This document shows, in pieces, positions 50,369 through 60,470 of a stretch of DNA of 64,000 nt. Origin of the DNA: a virus (taxonomy: Duplodnaviria; Caudoviricetes); IMG/VR virus record IMGVR_UViG_3300033463_000004, positions 64,001-128,000 of that record. The stretch is one strand, 5' to 3'. Position 1 is the stretch's first letter; each line of letters starts with the position of its first letter. The notes beneath the pieces were generated by a model. The model was not told where the DNA came from, did not search any database, and was given only the letters and a program-made list of their open reading frames with translations. Position numbers and translations under genes: made by a program.

Positions 50369-52642
50369 TTAAGCGTTCTTGGTGTAGTAGGTGTTAGCTG
50401 CCCATGTCGGTGCAACACCAGTAACCGCAGTGCGCTCACCCTCTTCGGTGGTAGCGACATAGTAGGTGCTGTAGGTGGTATCCCAATCAGCCGGCTTGGT
50501 CTGAATTGCTTCGCCACCGGTTGCAGCTGTGAAGTAGAACTTCGTGGTGTCGAACTCAGGAGCAACTGCGGTAACAGCCTCCATTGCAGTACCAGCCGCA
50601 TTCACCTTCCAGTAGTTGCCGTAAGTCGTTGCCCAGTTTGCCGGCTCCTCAGTAGTCACAGTGTAACCCTCGGTCGGATCAACCGGAGGAGTCGGGGTAT
50701 CGCCACCAGAAACCAGACCAGCGTTAGAATCTGGAACAAGAACAGTGTTCTTGCAGATCAGGCGAGCCTGAATACCCTGGATTGCGATGGTACGATACTG
50801 CGAAGATGTGGTAACGAGAACAGCTGCGCCGCCAGGATTCTGAGCGTCTGCATATGCTGCGTTCTCCGGAGAGTTGGTCAGGTGACGAGCGAAACGGAGG
50901 TGCTTGTAGGAGATGTGGAACTTATCCATCGGATAAGCGACGATCTTGTAGAAGTACTCACGAGACACATCACCTTCCTGTGCGCCATCCTGGTACGGTT
51001 CGATGTTGATGTAAGCATCGACACGGTTGGAAGCGACAACACGGATCGGAATATCGGTATCGGTCAGAACACCGAATGCATGGTTCATCAGAACGCCACC
51101 AATCTCAGTGGACTTCTTGACAGTCCAGGTGACGAACTTCTGCAGCAGACGAGCAGCCTTCGGGTTTGCATAGACGACAAATCCGAGGTTGTCGAGCTTA
51201 CCACGATCACACAGCTCATAGATCAGAGATGCGATACCGTTGTGGATGATGTTGGTTCTGTACTCGAACGGATCACCAGCAAAGCTCGGAGAGATTGCAG
51301 TCGGATCAAGATCGACGTACTCAGTAGCAGTGTAGCTCTCGAGAGCCCAGATGTCAGACTCTGCGCCGTCATACTTATTGAACTCTTCATCCAGGAACTG
51401 GAGAATGTACTCATCCTCGAACATTTCCTGTGCAGTGATGAGCTCCTGAACCAGTCTGTTGTACAGGTTGAAGTTCAGTGAAGAGTTAGCCTCAGCAAAG
51501 TCTTCAACGGTGAACGGAAGCTGGAAGCGAACGCCGTCAGCGATCTGGAACTTACGGATTTCCGGATACTCACGGAAGCCGATGGTTCTCAGGTTGGTCT
51601 CATTGGAAACGTGACCGCTTACATAGATACCAGTGATCGAACCACAGGAAGTAGCAGTGATCGTACCCTTGATGAAGTCGATAACACCAGAGAGACGATC
51701 TGCGACACCAGTAACAACCTCACCAGTGGTCTTACCGTTCTCATCGACAACAGCAAGCTTCATGTCGGAGGTAATACCACCATTCAGGAAGACACCACCG
51801 GTCTGGATATCGATCTGGATTCCACCATGCGGCAGACGAACCTTCTTACCATCGATCTGAACGTACTGAATACCGAAATCATAGGAGATACGGGTACGAA
51901 CATTCGGGGTGATGGTAGTCGGCTGATCGTCATCACCAAGCAGCCAATTGAAGAGAGAATACTTCTTGTTGGTTGCAGCCTGGATAGTAGACAGAGTCAG
52001 AACGTCCTTATCATTCAGACGCAGACCCTTACCAGCATTCCACAGCTTCTTCCACAGTGGCTGACCATTGTCATCCTTCTGGAAGTAGATTGCCGGGGTC
52101 TCATACTCCTCACCAGTCTGGTTGTTAACCAGATACTTGATGAAGATACGCTGCTCGATGTTCACCGAAGAAGCGGTCTGAACAGGAATGATATCCTTAC
52201 CGAGGAAGCGGATGTACTGCTTAATCAAAGCCGGGAAGTCAAGAGTAGACAACGGCAGATAGTTTGAAACGTTGTAAGACTCCTGAACCATGAAGGACTT
52301 GACAGAAGTATCCCAAGCCTCTTCAAGTTGACTTGCAACAGACTCGAGATGGAACTTCTCAGAAGAATCCGCCTCTGATGCAGTATTTCTCAGCTCGTCA
52401 AGGATCGGATCGAGGAGCAGAGTTTTATACTCCATCATCACGTTCTTATCTTCGAGCATCTTCTTGACGTCTTTCATGACATTGACGCCCATACGACTCT
52501 GCATCGTTCCAACAGTATCTTCCAATCTGTTGTCAAATGTGTCGCGGAGACCCATCAGTTCGGATTCAGATGCGCCATTGACGAGGCTCTGCTGTTCCTG
52601 GAACCATGAGTTGTGGGTACCAGCATTACGACTGAATGCCAT
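50369..52642 (-). CDS. Major capsid protein precursor with C-terminal extension
   Basis: 757 aa, strongest codon bias in the window, near the prohead protease; HK97-like backbone helix 'LVQELITAQEMFEDEYILQFL' and 'FVVYANPKAARLL'. Confidence 0.8.
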   Translation of the reverse strand: MAFSRNAGTHNSWFQEQQSLVNGASESELMGLRDTFDNRLEDTVGTMQSRMGVNVMKDVKKMLEDKNVMMEYKTLLLDPILDELRNTASEADSSEKFHLESVASQLEEAWDTSVKSFMVQESYNVSNYLPLSTLDFPALIKQYIRFLGKDIIPVQTASSVNIEQRIFIKYLVNNQTGEEYETPAIYFQKDDNGQPLWKKLWNAGKGLRLNDKDVLTLSTIQAATNKKYSLFNWLLGDDDQPTTITPNVRTRISYDFGIQYVQIDGKKVRLPHGGIQIDIQTGGVFLNGGITSDMKLAVVDENGKTTGEVVTGVADRLSGVIDFIKGTITATSCGSITGIYVSGHVSNETNLRTIGFREYPEIRKFQIADGVRFQLPFTVEDFAEANSSLNFNLYNRLVQELITAQEMFEDEYILQFLDEEFNKYDGAESDIWALESYTATEYVDLDPTAISPSFAGDPFEYRTNIIHNGIASLIYELCDRGKLDNLGFVVYANPKAARLLQKFVTWTVKKSTEIGGVLMNHAFGVLTDTDIPIRVVASNRVDAYINIEPYQDGAQEGDVSREYFYKIVAYPMDKFHISYKHLRFARHLTNSPENAAYADAQNPGGAAVLVTTSSQYRTIAIQGIQARLICKNTVLVPDSNAGLVSGGDTPTPPVDPTEGYTVTTEEPANWATTYGNYWKVNAAGTAMEAVTAVAPEFDTTKFYFTAATGGEAIQTKPADWDTTYSTYYVATTEEGERTAVTGVAPTWAANTYYTKNA

Positions 52643-52706
52643 ATAGAAACACTCCTTTTTTATTATTTTATTTGATGCTATGCATCATGGACATGTGTAA
52701 ACCAAG

Positions 52707-53300
52707 TTATTCAGAATCTTTCTGAAACTTCTTCAACACCGAATCGATTTCATTCTGCAACAAGGTGTACAAACTGGAGATCTTCTGATAATACATCAGA
52801 TTCTCACCATAGCTCAAGTTCACAAACTTATTGAGCGCGTAATCTTGCGCGTTTGTGAGTACGCGATTCAATCGATTGATTGACTTGTCGTTTTGAGCAA
52901 CGACATCACTTGGAAGAATTGGTAAGATAGCCTGAAGATTTTCTAGTGTCTCCTGAATCTCATCATTCTTATTCAGCAATTGCTGATAAAGCTGTTGATT
53001 CAAAACATCATTCGCTTTTTGAGAAAGATTTTGATTCTGAGTTTCACCTTCACCTTCTTGGTTTTCATCCTCAGGTTGTCCTTCCATGTCTCCTCCGTTT
53101 TCATCGAAGCTTAAATCTTCCATCCCACCACCTGGTTCTGGTGGAAGATCTTCTGCTCCCATGTCAGACGGTGGTTGTTCGTTTGTTTGACCTTGTTGCT
53201 GATCTGTTGCTTCGGCTGGAGGATCTTCTGTCGGTGTGAATGGTTCGAGGAGATCTCCGTCTGCCTCCATAACAGTATAGAACAAGTTCTTATCATCCAT
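52707..53300 (-). CDS. Acidic head/scaffold-like protein
   Basis: Low-complexity acidic N-terminus and helical C-terminus; directly upstream of MCP. Confidence 0.55.
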   Translation of the reverse strand: MDDKNLFYTVMEADGDLLEPFTPTEDPPAEATDQQQGQTNEQPPSDMGAEDLPPEPGGGMEDLSFDENGGDMEGQPEDENQEGEGETQNQNLSQKANDVLNQQLYQQLLNKNDEIQETLENLQAILPILPSDVVAQNDKSINRLNRVLTNAQDYALNKFVNLSYGENLMYYQKISSLYTLLQNEIDSVLKKFQKDSE

Positions 53301-53321
53301 CCTGAACAATCACCTCTTTCA

Positions 53322-56060
53322 TTAGTAAACCGACTTCGGATTTGCAAGCGATTGCTTACGAGCATTAGTTGACATATCGACAAGTTTCTGACGCATACGC
53401 ATCAGTTTGTATAACTCTTGACGATCATCATCTGATTGTTTTTCACCCCAACGTGAACCATGTTTCAAATGTTCGATTTTTTCATCGATGATTTGAATCT
53501 CAGTTGCAATCTCTTGATTTGCTTCTTTACGCAAACGATCTCTGTCGATGAGTTTCGCACCTTCAATACCAAGATCCAAGAATCCAAGCCAAGGTGCAAT
53601 AGAATAGAACAATGCAAACTTTCCAGTTTTAATTGCTATTCTTCCGATTTTGTAAAGTGCAGATCGATAAGATGGGTTTTCAATCAGATCAGCTTTTACA
53701 CGATCTTCATCTCTCTTAATGAAAGAATCAACCATGGTACGCAACCAATTCTTTGTCCGAGTGATCGGTTTCTGAATTGCTTTGCCGGTGTTCATCACTT
53801 TTTGTACACCGCGTTTCGCTGCCTGCTGAGCAGGAAGCGTTTTTCTGTCGGCATCCATAGCGGCTGTCAACATATCTCCCTGTGGAGGTTTGCCAGAATC
53901 CGATTCGACAAATAGGGGCTCTTCGGAATTCAGAAGTGCAAAGACTTCTTGGACACTTTTTCCAGTAGAAAAAGTATCTGAATCCTTAGAATTTGAAGAA
54001 GGTCTGGTATTATCATAATTGTTTATAGGCTTATTACGAGATGCAGAATTTGTACGTTTATTCACAGACAAATCATTGTTGGTTGTCGTAATATTCGACG
54101 TATGCGATCTATTTGAAAGATCATTCGTCGTATTATGTGAATTCGTATAATTATTCGTAATATTATAAACAACTGTACCAGGTCCACCCTTAGATGCCGG
54201 TTTCACTTCACCCTTGTAATCCGCTCCAAGCATGTCACCGAGTGAGGTTGCATTTGTATCCAACCTTGCATCGATAGAACTTGCTAAATCTTCCGGTTTA
54301 TTTGCAGGAACATCAGGAGGTAACTGAATGTCTGTGATCATAGGATCAATTTCTCCAGTTGAATCCATTCTGTTCCTCATGTATTCCGGAACTTCGATGT
54401 CATCTTCTTCATCGTCATCTGTATTATTTGCTGTACGTTTCTTGGTTTTATTTTTGATTTCTTCATTCGGTTTCTTCTTTTGCTCATCAGACATACCAAG
54501 TCGTGCTTTCAGATAACTTGGCATTTCACCGTTCTCTGCAGCTTCCTGAACATAGTTGTCAATCATAATTGCAGATACACCTTTATTATACAAAGCATCA
54601 CCGATTGTATCAATATCAGCATCAACTGCATCATGGAAAGACTCACAATATCTCATATCAGAAATGGAAAGATCACCAAGTTCTTTCATCAATTCCATTG
54701 CATATTCTGTAACTTGAGAAGAACCTTCGATGGTTTTCTTTGTTTCCTTTTTCTTTTGATATGGATTTGCTGCATGTGAATTTTTGTTAATTCTTGAACG
54801 GATACGCTTGATGAACCCATCCAATGTTTCTTCTTCTTTTTTCTTTTCATCCATTACATGATAAAGAATCGTGAAATATATGTGAGAGTCGAAGATGTTG
54901 AATGTAGTCAGAAGTGTATTGTTGGAAATAACAATGTTTTCATTGTTAACCAAATTCAGTTTGAAGAAATCTTCAAGGAATTGAATCGTACCTTCTTTAT
55001 CAGTTTTAAATGTCGAGAACAAATCGATTCTGGAGAATCTTTTTGCTCCTTCATTCTGTCTGATAATAGAAGCATAGGACTTTGTATAGTCTTTGAATTC
55101 TTCCTTGTCGGTTTCTGCAACTTTATCCGGATTTACAAAAACACGAACAAGAATTGCAGGAACAACTGCATTTCTGAAAGCATACGGATTGATTGTTGCT
55201 GTCTTGAATAATGCTGCCAAATCATCCGTATTTTCACAAGCTCTCAAACGTTTCAACATATCATTGATTGCAGATGTGAATTGTTTTGAGATTTGCCATT
55301 TACCCTTTGAATACCGTATACCTTCAACGGCTTCTGTGAAATAATCAATCTTTGCAGCTTCCTGTACAGAATCATTGATAATGATTTCACAATCTTGCAA
55401 ATCACCAAATGCTTGGAAACGTTGAATTTCCGTATCAGGTTCCATTTCTTCCGGTAATTTAATTTGATCATTATCAAAAATGCTGTTGACATAATCTGAT
55501 GCGTCAAATAACTTATATTCGCCGGGAAGCTTTGCAATTGCATCCAATTCTGGCATTGGAATTGGTGCTGTGAATATAGTGATTGCATCACGATACATCG
55601 ATGGTTTAGTAAATAATTCAAATGAATAGATACCATTCATCAATGATTCGTATTTGTCAAAGTTATTTGTAATATATTGGAGAACCTTGAATCCAATGAA
55701 TGCATGGAACATATCGGAAGCATGTTTATCTTCTCCAGAAATAATCTTCACCCAAGGATTATTTGCATCAGTGGGAACTTCTTCAACGGCTTCTGTCACA
55801 TCGCCGGGTGTTGCAGCAGCTTTTCCGACAATATTTTTCAATTCATTCAATGTTTCAACTGCTTTATTTGGATCTTCGATCCAAGATGGCTCAATATTAT
55901 TCAACCATGACAATGTTCTTGCCATGATTCTATCAAGCTCAAAATCATTATTCACGACAGGAAATGATTTTGTTTTGAATCCAGAAGCAAAAAAGTTATT
56001 CATTGAATCAATAGCTACTTTGATATTATCAAAATAACTTTTGTCAATTACAATTTGCAT
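53322..56060 (-). CDS. Large putative inner-head protein
   Basis: Multiple VQEA/FTEA/FVES motifs; C-terminal hydrophobic helix and coiled coil. Confidence 0.6.
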   Translation of the reverse strand: MQIVIDKSYFDNIKVAIDSMNNFFASGFKTKSFPVVNNDFELDRIMARTLSWLNNIEPSWIEDPNKAVETLNELKNIVGKAAATPGDVTEAVEEVPTDANNPWVKIISGEDKHASDMFHAFIGFKVLQYITNNFDKYESLMNGIYSFELFTKPSMYRDAITIFTAPIPMPELDAIAKLPGEYKLFDASDYVNSIFDNDQIKLPEEMEPDTEIQRFQAFGDLQDCEIIINDSVQEAAKIDYFTEAVEGIRYSKGKWQISKQFTSAINDMLKRLRACENTDDLAALFKTATINPYAFRNAVVPAILVRVFVNPDKVAETDKEEFKDYTKSYASIIRQNEGAKRFSRIDLFSTFKTDKEGTIQFLEDFFKLNLVNNENIVISNNTLLTTFNIFDSHIYFTILYHVMDEKKKEEETLDGFIKRIRSRINKNSHAANPYQKKKETKKTIEGSSQVTEYAMELMKELGDLSISDMRYCESFHDAVDADIDTIGDALYNKGVSAIMIDNYVQEAAENGEMPSYLKARLGMSDEQKKKPNEEIKNKTKKRTANNTDDDEEDDIEVPEYMRNRMDSTGEIDPMITDIQLPPDVPANKPEDLASSIDARLDTNATSLGDMLGADYKGEVKPASKGGPGTVVYNITNNYTNSHNTTNDLSNRSHTSNITTTNNDLSVNKRTNSASRNKPINNYDNTRPSSNSKDSDTFSTGKSVQEVFALLNSEEPLFVESDSGKPPQGDMLTAAMDADRKTLPAQQAAKRGVQKVMNTGKAIQKPITRTKNWLRTMVDSFIKRDEDRVKADLIENPSYRSALYKIGRIAIKTGKFALFYSIAPWLGFLDLGIEGAKLIDRDRLRKEANQEIATEIQIIDEKIEHLKHGSRWGEKQSDDDRQELYKLMRMRQKLVDMSTNARKQSLANPKSVY

Positions 56061-56097
56061 TGTGATATTTCAACTCCTTTCCATAGATTTGATTATG

Positions 56098-57177
56098 TTA
56101 CGTTGAGACAATACGTGCTTGATCTCTCGCCCCGCGGTCATGTTCCCACGCTTGCCAAATTGTAGTAACATAAGTATTGAGCATTTTAAGGAATCTGCTA
56201 TATTGCCGGAGAATCTGGGCAAGAACTGTTGTTACTTCACCATTACCTTCTTGCTCACTTTGTATTGCGTTGAGTCGAGATATCTTTTCTTCAACAAAGC
56301 TGATTAATTCATTGCATGAATTAATATTTTCCTCGTTTGTTTTCTTAAACTCTTCCATTTTTGCAACGAATTCAGAATCCTTGATTTTGATATTTCCACC
56401 ACCATTATATTGATAGCTGCCGAGTTCATTTTGTGCTTTTGCGATCCCTTTAGCCCAATTCTTTATCGTGTTAAGATGGCTTTGTAAATTCTCAATAGTG
56501 ACATCTTTATCGAATTCTTTAGAAAGACTTTTTTCACACTCACGGAACCATTCTGCCTGAATGAACAATTTATCGATGTCACCATTCTCACCCTGACCGA
56601 ATAAAATGGATGATATGACTTTATACACATCGCCCGTTTTGGTATTCTCCATGGGCGCGTTGTCTCTCAATGATTCAGTCGGAGCCGTGAGTTCAACAGG
56701 CTCTTCTTTTTTGTCATTTTCCGGTACTGACTCCGGTTCTGGTTCTGGGATAGGATTATTTTGCACGGGTTCTTTCGGAGCGATTGTTTGTTGTGTGCTC
56801 ACCGGCCTGTCAAGAGACTGTTTCATCTCTCGAACATCCGCTTCCATTCGTTCAGTAACTTTCTTATTCTTTGAGAAAAGTTTCTTGCATAAACGAATGA
56901 TTGCAGCAATCAATCTTGGAATTACCATTGCGATACGTTTCGCTACAGATTCATCCTTTGTTCCAAATATTGGTGCATTAGTATCAGCCTTAAACTTATC
57001 CCATCTTTCACCTTCTTGGAAGATTTCGAATGATGATGTATCTGTTGTATCATCGCAATTTTCAAGAATTGTCAATGCTTTATCATATGAATCAATCAAT
57101 GATTCCAACACATTGATTTCAGCATCAATTGAGTCCATATCAATATTATCAACTGATCTTAACAATTCATCATACAT
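56098..57177 (-). CDS. Putative inner-head protein, N-terminus paralogous to the 47044 ORF
   Basis: 'L.S+..ID.....AE..VL..L...Y.K...+.E......+EI.QE' shared. Confidence 0.65.
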   Translation of the reverse strand: MYDELLRSVDNIDMDSIDAEINVLESLIDSYDKALTILENCDDTTDTSSFEIFQEGERWDKFKADTNAPIFGTKDESVAKRIAMVIPRLIAAIIRLCKKLFSKNKKVTERMEADVREMKQSLDRPVSTQQTIAPKEPVQNNPIPEPEPESVPENDKKEEPVELTAPTESLRDNAPMENTKTGDVYKVISSILFGQGENGDIDKLFIQAEWFRECEKSLSKEFDKDVTIENLQSHLNTIKNWAKGIAKAQNELGSYQYNGGGNIKIKDSEFVAKMEEFKKTNEENINSCNELISFVEEKISRLNAIQSEQEGNGEVTTVLAQILRQYSRFLKMLNTYVTTIWQAWEHDRGARDQARIVST

Positions 57178-57193
57178 AAAACATCAACTCCTT

Positions 57194-57691
57194 TCATGAA
57201 TATGAATCGATATATTTGATTCGGGTATATATCTGACCCAATTGATTATATGTAATACCAACAACAACGTTCTGACCTTTCTGATGATATGTCAGATTTT
57301 CTGTACCTGATATACGTATAATCAATGCAGAATGTCCATCACTTGTAATGTCATTGAAAACATCGATGGTGATTCCAACATATCCAAGAACATTCATCTG
57401 ATCTTCCAATTTACTTTTAATCGTATTTGGAATTGTTTTATCATCAGAATATTCATGTAAATATTGTTCAATATCGATCCCCAACTCGGGGATCGAAGGA
57501 AATTGACCAGGTTTCATTTTCAGCAACATGAGAATTGAATTTACACACATTTCAAATGTTGGAATGACCTTTGGTTTATTCATCTCATCGACGTCGAACA
57601 GAACATCATATCCGAGGGTCTGTAAAACCCTCGGATATTTTGTATTAATTTCAGCAAGATAAATACCTTTTGGATCAAGCATGAGGATCAC
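57194..57691 (-). CDS. Baseplate wedge/sheath initiator, T4 gp25-like
   Basis: 'LL.MKPGQFPSIPELGIDIEQYL' GPW_gp25 signature; start at 57691 or 57682. Confidence 0.75.
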   Translation of the reverse strand: MILMLDPKGIYLAEINTKYPRVLQTLGYDVLFDVDEMNKPKVIPTFEMCVNSILMLLKMKPGQFPSIPELGIDIEQYLHEYSDDKTIPNTIKSKLEDQMNVLGYVGITIDVFNDITSDGHSALIIRISGTENLTYHQKGQNVVVGITYNQLGQIYTRIKYIDSYS

Positions 57692-57692
57692 C

Positions 57693-58580
57693 TCATTTAA
57701 GTCCGCGATTCATCAGAATATCCAATGCTTCACGTCTGACTTCGCCACGAAGTGGAATACGCATTTTGCATCCATCGGCTTGTTCAACAACAATGGATTC
57801 ATTTTGAATACCCATCAATTCATCAACCGAAATTTCGAACGATTCGCAGATTGCACGCATATCTTCAGATTGCTCTGAACAATATTGTGCAAGATTCTTC
57901 AAGAAGATGACACATTCAGATGTTTTCTCCGGAATGACACTTTCTTGATGAATGATTGGTGCAACATCGCCATCTGCTCCTTCATGTGAAGGATAATCAA
58001 CCATGTCATATGTGATAACTTTTGTAACACGCATGTTTGGTTGATTATATCCCGCATTCGGAATCATTGTACCGAGTAAACGAACAGAGAATGATGGGAC
58101 CATACCGAGATCAATAATCTCTTCAGCAACTTGTTGACCACATGCACATCCAGGATCGGTTGTGATAATCGCTTTATAACGATCACCTTCCAAACGATTC
58201 TTTCTGAGAATGTGTGAACAACGTGTCGGCTCTGGAATTGTCATACGAATATCAGTTAAACGTTCACCGGCAATATCCGGATTCGGATGATTCAATTCAC
58301 CACGCCAATCATTCTTACGTTTTAATTCCGCAATACGTTCATCTTTATCCACGACAGCACAATAGTTGACGGGATCATAGCGGCGTCTCATGCGGTTATA
58401 ACAGCCGAATGTTTGAACAGTTGCATCAAATTCGACATATGCATGCCCATTCACAGAACGGAACTGTTTGAAACCACGGGGATCATCCTTATAACTTGCA
58501 AGACCACATTCAATTGGTGCTTCTTGCACATAACACGCAGTCTCATACTTGTTGCTCTGTGTGCTTTTCTTTACAAGCAT
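57693..58580 (-). CDS. Prohead core protease (T4 gp21/phiKZ gp175-like)
   Basis: 'NR..RRY', 'GELNHP', 'PSFSVR', 'ITYDMVDYPSH' with His/Ser/Asp catalytic motifs. Confidence 0.9.
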   Translation of the reverse strand: MLVKKSTQSNKYETACYVQEAPIECGLASYKDDPRGFKQFRSVNGHAYVEFDATVQTFGCYNRMRRRYDPVNYCAVVDKDERIAELKRKNDWRGELNHPNPDIAGERLTDIRMTIPEPTRCSHILRKNRLEGDRYKAIITTDPGCACGQQVAEEIIDLGMVPSFSVRLLGTMIPNAGYNQPNMRVTKVITYDMVDYPSHEGADGDVAPIIHQESVIPEKTSECVIFLKNLAQYCSEQSEDMRAICESFEISVDELMGIQNESIVVEQADGCKMRIPLRGEVRREALDILMNRGLK

Positions 58581-58610
58581 TCCTTAAACCTCCTTCTTTA
58601 TATAGTATAA

Positions 58611-59888
58611 TTATACTTCGGATGAACTCAAAAGTTTATCAACAACATCATTGATTCGTTGCATGATATACGTTGCAACAAAACAAATGTATGCTTTGAT
58701 AATTGTGTCATTGGATTCTCCGTATTTTCGACACATTGGAATGATTACAGGTTTTCCTGGCAAAGCACGATCGACTGCTGTTGGAAACTTTGTGATTCTT
58801 CCAATGTATTTCGAAGTATTGATATCAGAGATTTTGTTTCCTTCTTTTGTAATAAATACAAAAAGAATCAAATCAATAATTTTACCGATATCTTTCTTTT
58901 CAACTCGTTGCGCGAAGTTATATAATACTTCCGGTTGTTTGATTGCTTTCAAATTCGCAATTGCTTTGTATGTGGAATTCATTCTACGATACAAATCATC
59001 ACCATTTGAAATACGTCTCAAAAGATTCGTGCGAATCTTTGTGAGCTCCAATGTTTCAACCGTTGTTGTATCATCAGTGTCTTCTGCAACAGAATTGTTT
59101 GCTTCAACGTCAGCGTAGTAACGTTGTGCAAGTGTTCTCATATTCTGACGGAAAGTGTTTCGTACACGATTCAACATATCCGCAAGAATCTGAGGTGTCA
59201 AACCCAAACCAATCTTGGTACGATAGAATGCGTAACATGTCTCAATAGATTCACCTATCCATGTGACCATGTTTTCATCTTTCACGATATTCCAGGATCG
59301 GTCTAAGTGCATATAGGTGTACTCCATAATTGACGGGATAGGAGGTGAAGGGAATGACATTGCAAATGACATCTGATACGATGTCAATCCATATTGTTGA
59401 CGTGCGGAATCACGTAAACGATTCCGCCCTTTGTAACCTTCTTTACCGATCAACAAAGCATCGTTTGGATCGACTGCTGTAATTGAATCAGAATATATCA
59501 TTGCCATCACATGAATAATGTTCGTTGGATATGCAACGATAGAATTCCAATCAGATGCATTTACATGTTTTTGAAGAATTTCTTTAATAAGTTTCTTCAT
59601 TTCGACAGGAGTGAAACCAAACAATCCCAAAACATCATCGACATATCTACGAGGATATATGACTTTTGTTGTTGGAAATTGTTTTGCAAGCATCTCCGCA
59701 TTGAGATCAATAAACTCATTACCCAAATCCAGATATTTTTTCAATCCAGATGGTGTCTTCAAAACTTTGATGACAGGGTCCAACAGTTTTTCTTGAATCT
59801 CAATGCGACCTTCATCTGTCAAAGCAGATTCTTCGATGAAATGCATTGCTTCCTCTTCGGAAAGAAAGGATTGTTCCATAAAAAACAT
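58611..59888 (-). CDS. Conserved jumbo-phage protein, possibly associated with virion RNAP
   Basis: Helical 425-aa protein between the protease and the RNAP subunit; synteny recalled from phiKZ-like phages, unverified. Confidence 0.45.
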   Translation of the reverse strand: MFFMEQSFLSEEEAMHFIEESALTDEGRIEIQEKLLDPVIKVLKTPSGLKKYLDLGNEFIDLNAEMLAKQFPTTKVIYPRRYVDDVLGLFGFTPVEMKKLIKEILQKHVNASDWNSIVAYPTNIIHVMAMIYSDSITAVDPNDALLIGKEGYKGRNRLRDSARQQYGLTSYQMSFAMSFPSPPIPSIMEYTYMHLDRSWNIVKDENMVTWIGESIETCYAFYRTKIGLGLTPQILADMLNRVRNTFRQNMRTLAQRYYADVEANNSVAEDTDDTTTVETLELTKIRTNLLRRISNGDDLYRRMNSTYKAIANLKAIKQPEVLYNFAQRVEKKDIGKIIDLILFVFITKEGNKISDINTSKYIGRITKFPTAVDRALPGKPVIIPMCRKYGESNDTIIKAYICFVATYIMQRINDVVDKLLSSSEV

Positions 59889-59906
59889 ATTGGACCCACC
59901 CTTTCA

Positions 59907-60455
59907 TCAACGACGATTTCTCTTTTTCTTATTACCAGTATTACGCGGTTTATCCTCTTCGGACTCACCAGTAGTTTCTTCAGCAGCGGTCTCTTCAACA
60001 GGAACAACTTCTTCGATTGTCTCTTCAACAGTTTCATCGACAGTATCTTCAACAATCGGAGTCTCCTCAACAATTTCAGAAACCTCTTCGACAGGTTCCT
60101 CGATTACAGGAGTTTCTTGTTCTTCAGGAGCTGAGACAGTTTCTTCTTTAGCCGGAACTTCAATAATCGGATCCGGTTCAGTAACTGTCTCAGCAATAGG
60201 AGCAGCTTCAACGACTTCTTCCTTAACCGGGATTGGTTCCGGTTTCACTTCAATAGGTTTAGCCGTCTTTTTCGCGGGAGGCTTCTGTTTAATGAAGTAT
60301 CTCGCTGTAATCAGTTCACCGGTCTCAGCATCGTACACACGGACGTTCTTGAAATTCAACAAACGACGAACGTCATTCTCGGTAAGTTCGATGTTTCGTG
60401 CTGGAAGAATGCCAACACCCGGAAGAGCTCCACGACCAGTTACGTTAACTTTCAT
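59907..60455 (-). CDS. Protein with small N-terminal domain, Glu/Val/Pro-rich tract and basic tail
   Basis: Composition; AGGAAG RBS. Confidence 0.7.
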   Translation of the reverse strand: MKVNVTGRGALPGVGILPARNIELTENDVRRLLNFKNVRVYDAETGELITARYFIKQKPPAKKTAKPIEVKPEPIPVKEEVVEAAPIAETVTEPDPIIEVPAKEETVSAPEEQETPVIEEPVEEVSEIVEETPIVEDTVDETVEETIEEVVPVEETAAEETTGESEEDKPRNTGNKKKRNRR

Positions 60456-60470
60456 AAAAAACTTCCTTTC

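Noticed and set aside
50309-52267. Long + strand ORFs (390 aa, 218 aa) opposite the MCP
   Set aside because: Antisense shadows caused by MCP codon bias; no RBS and implausible composition.
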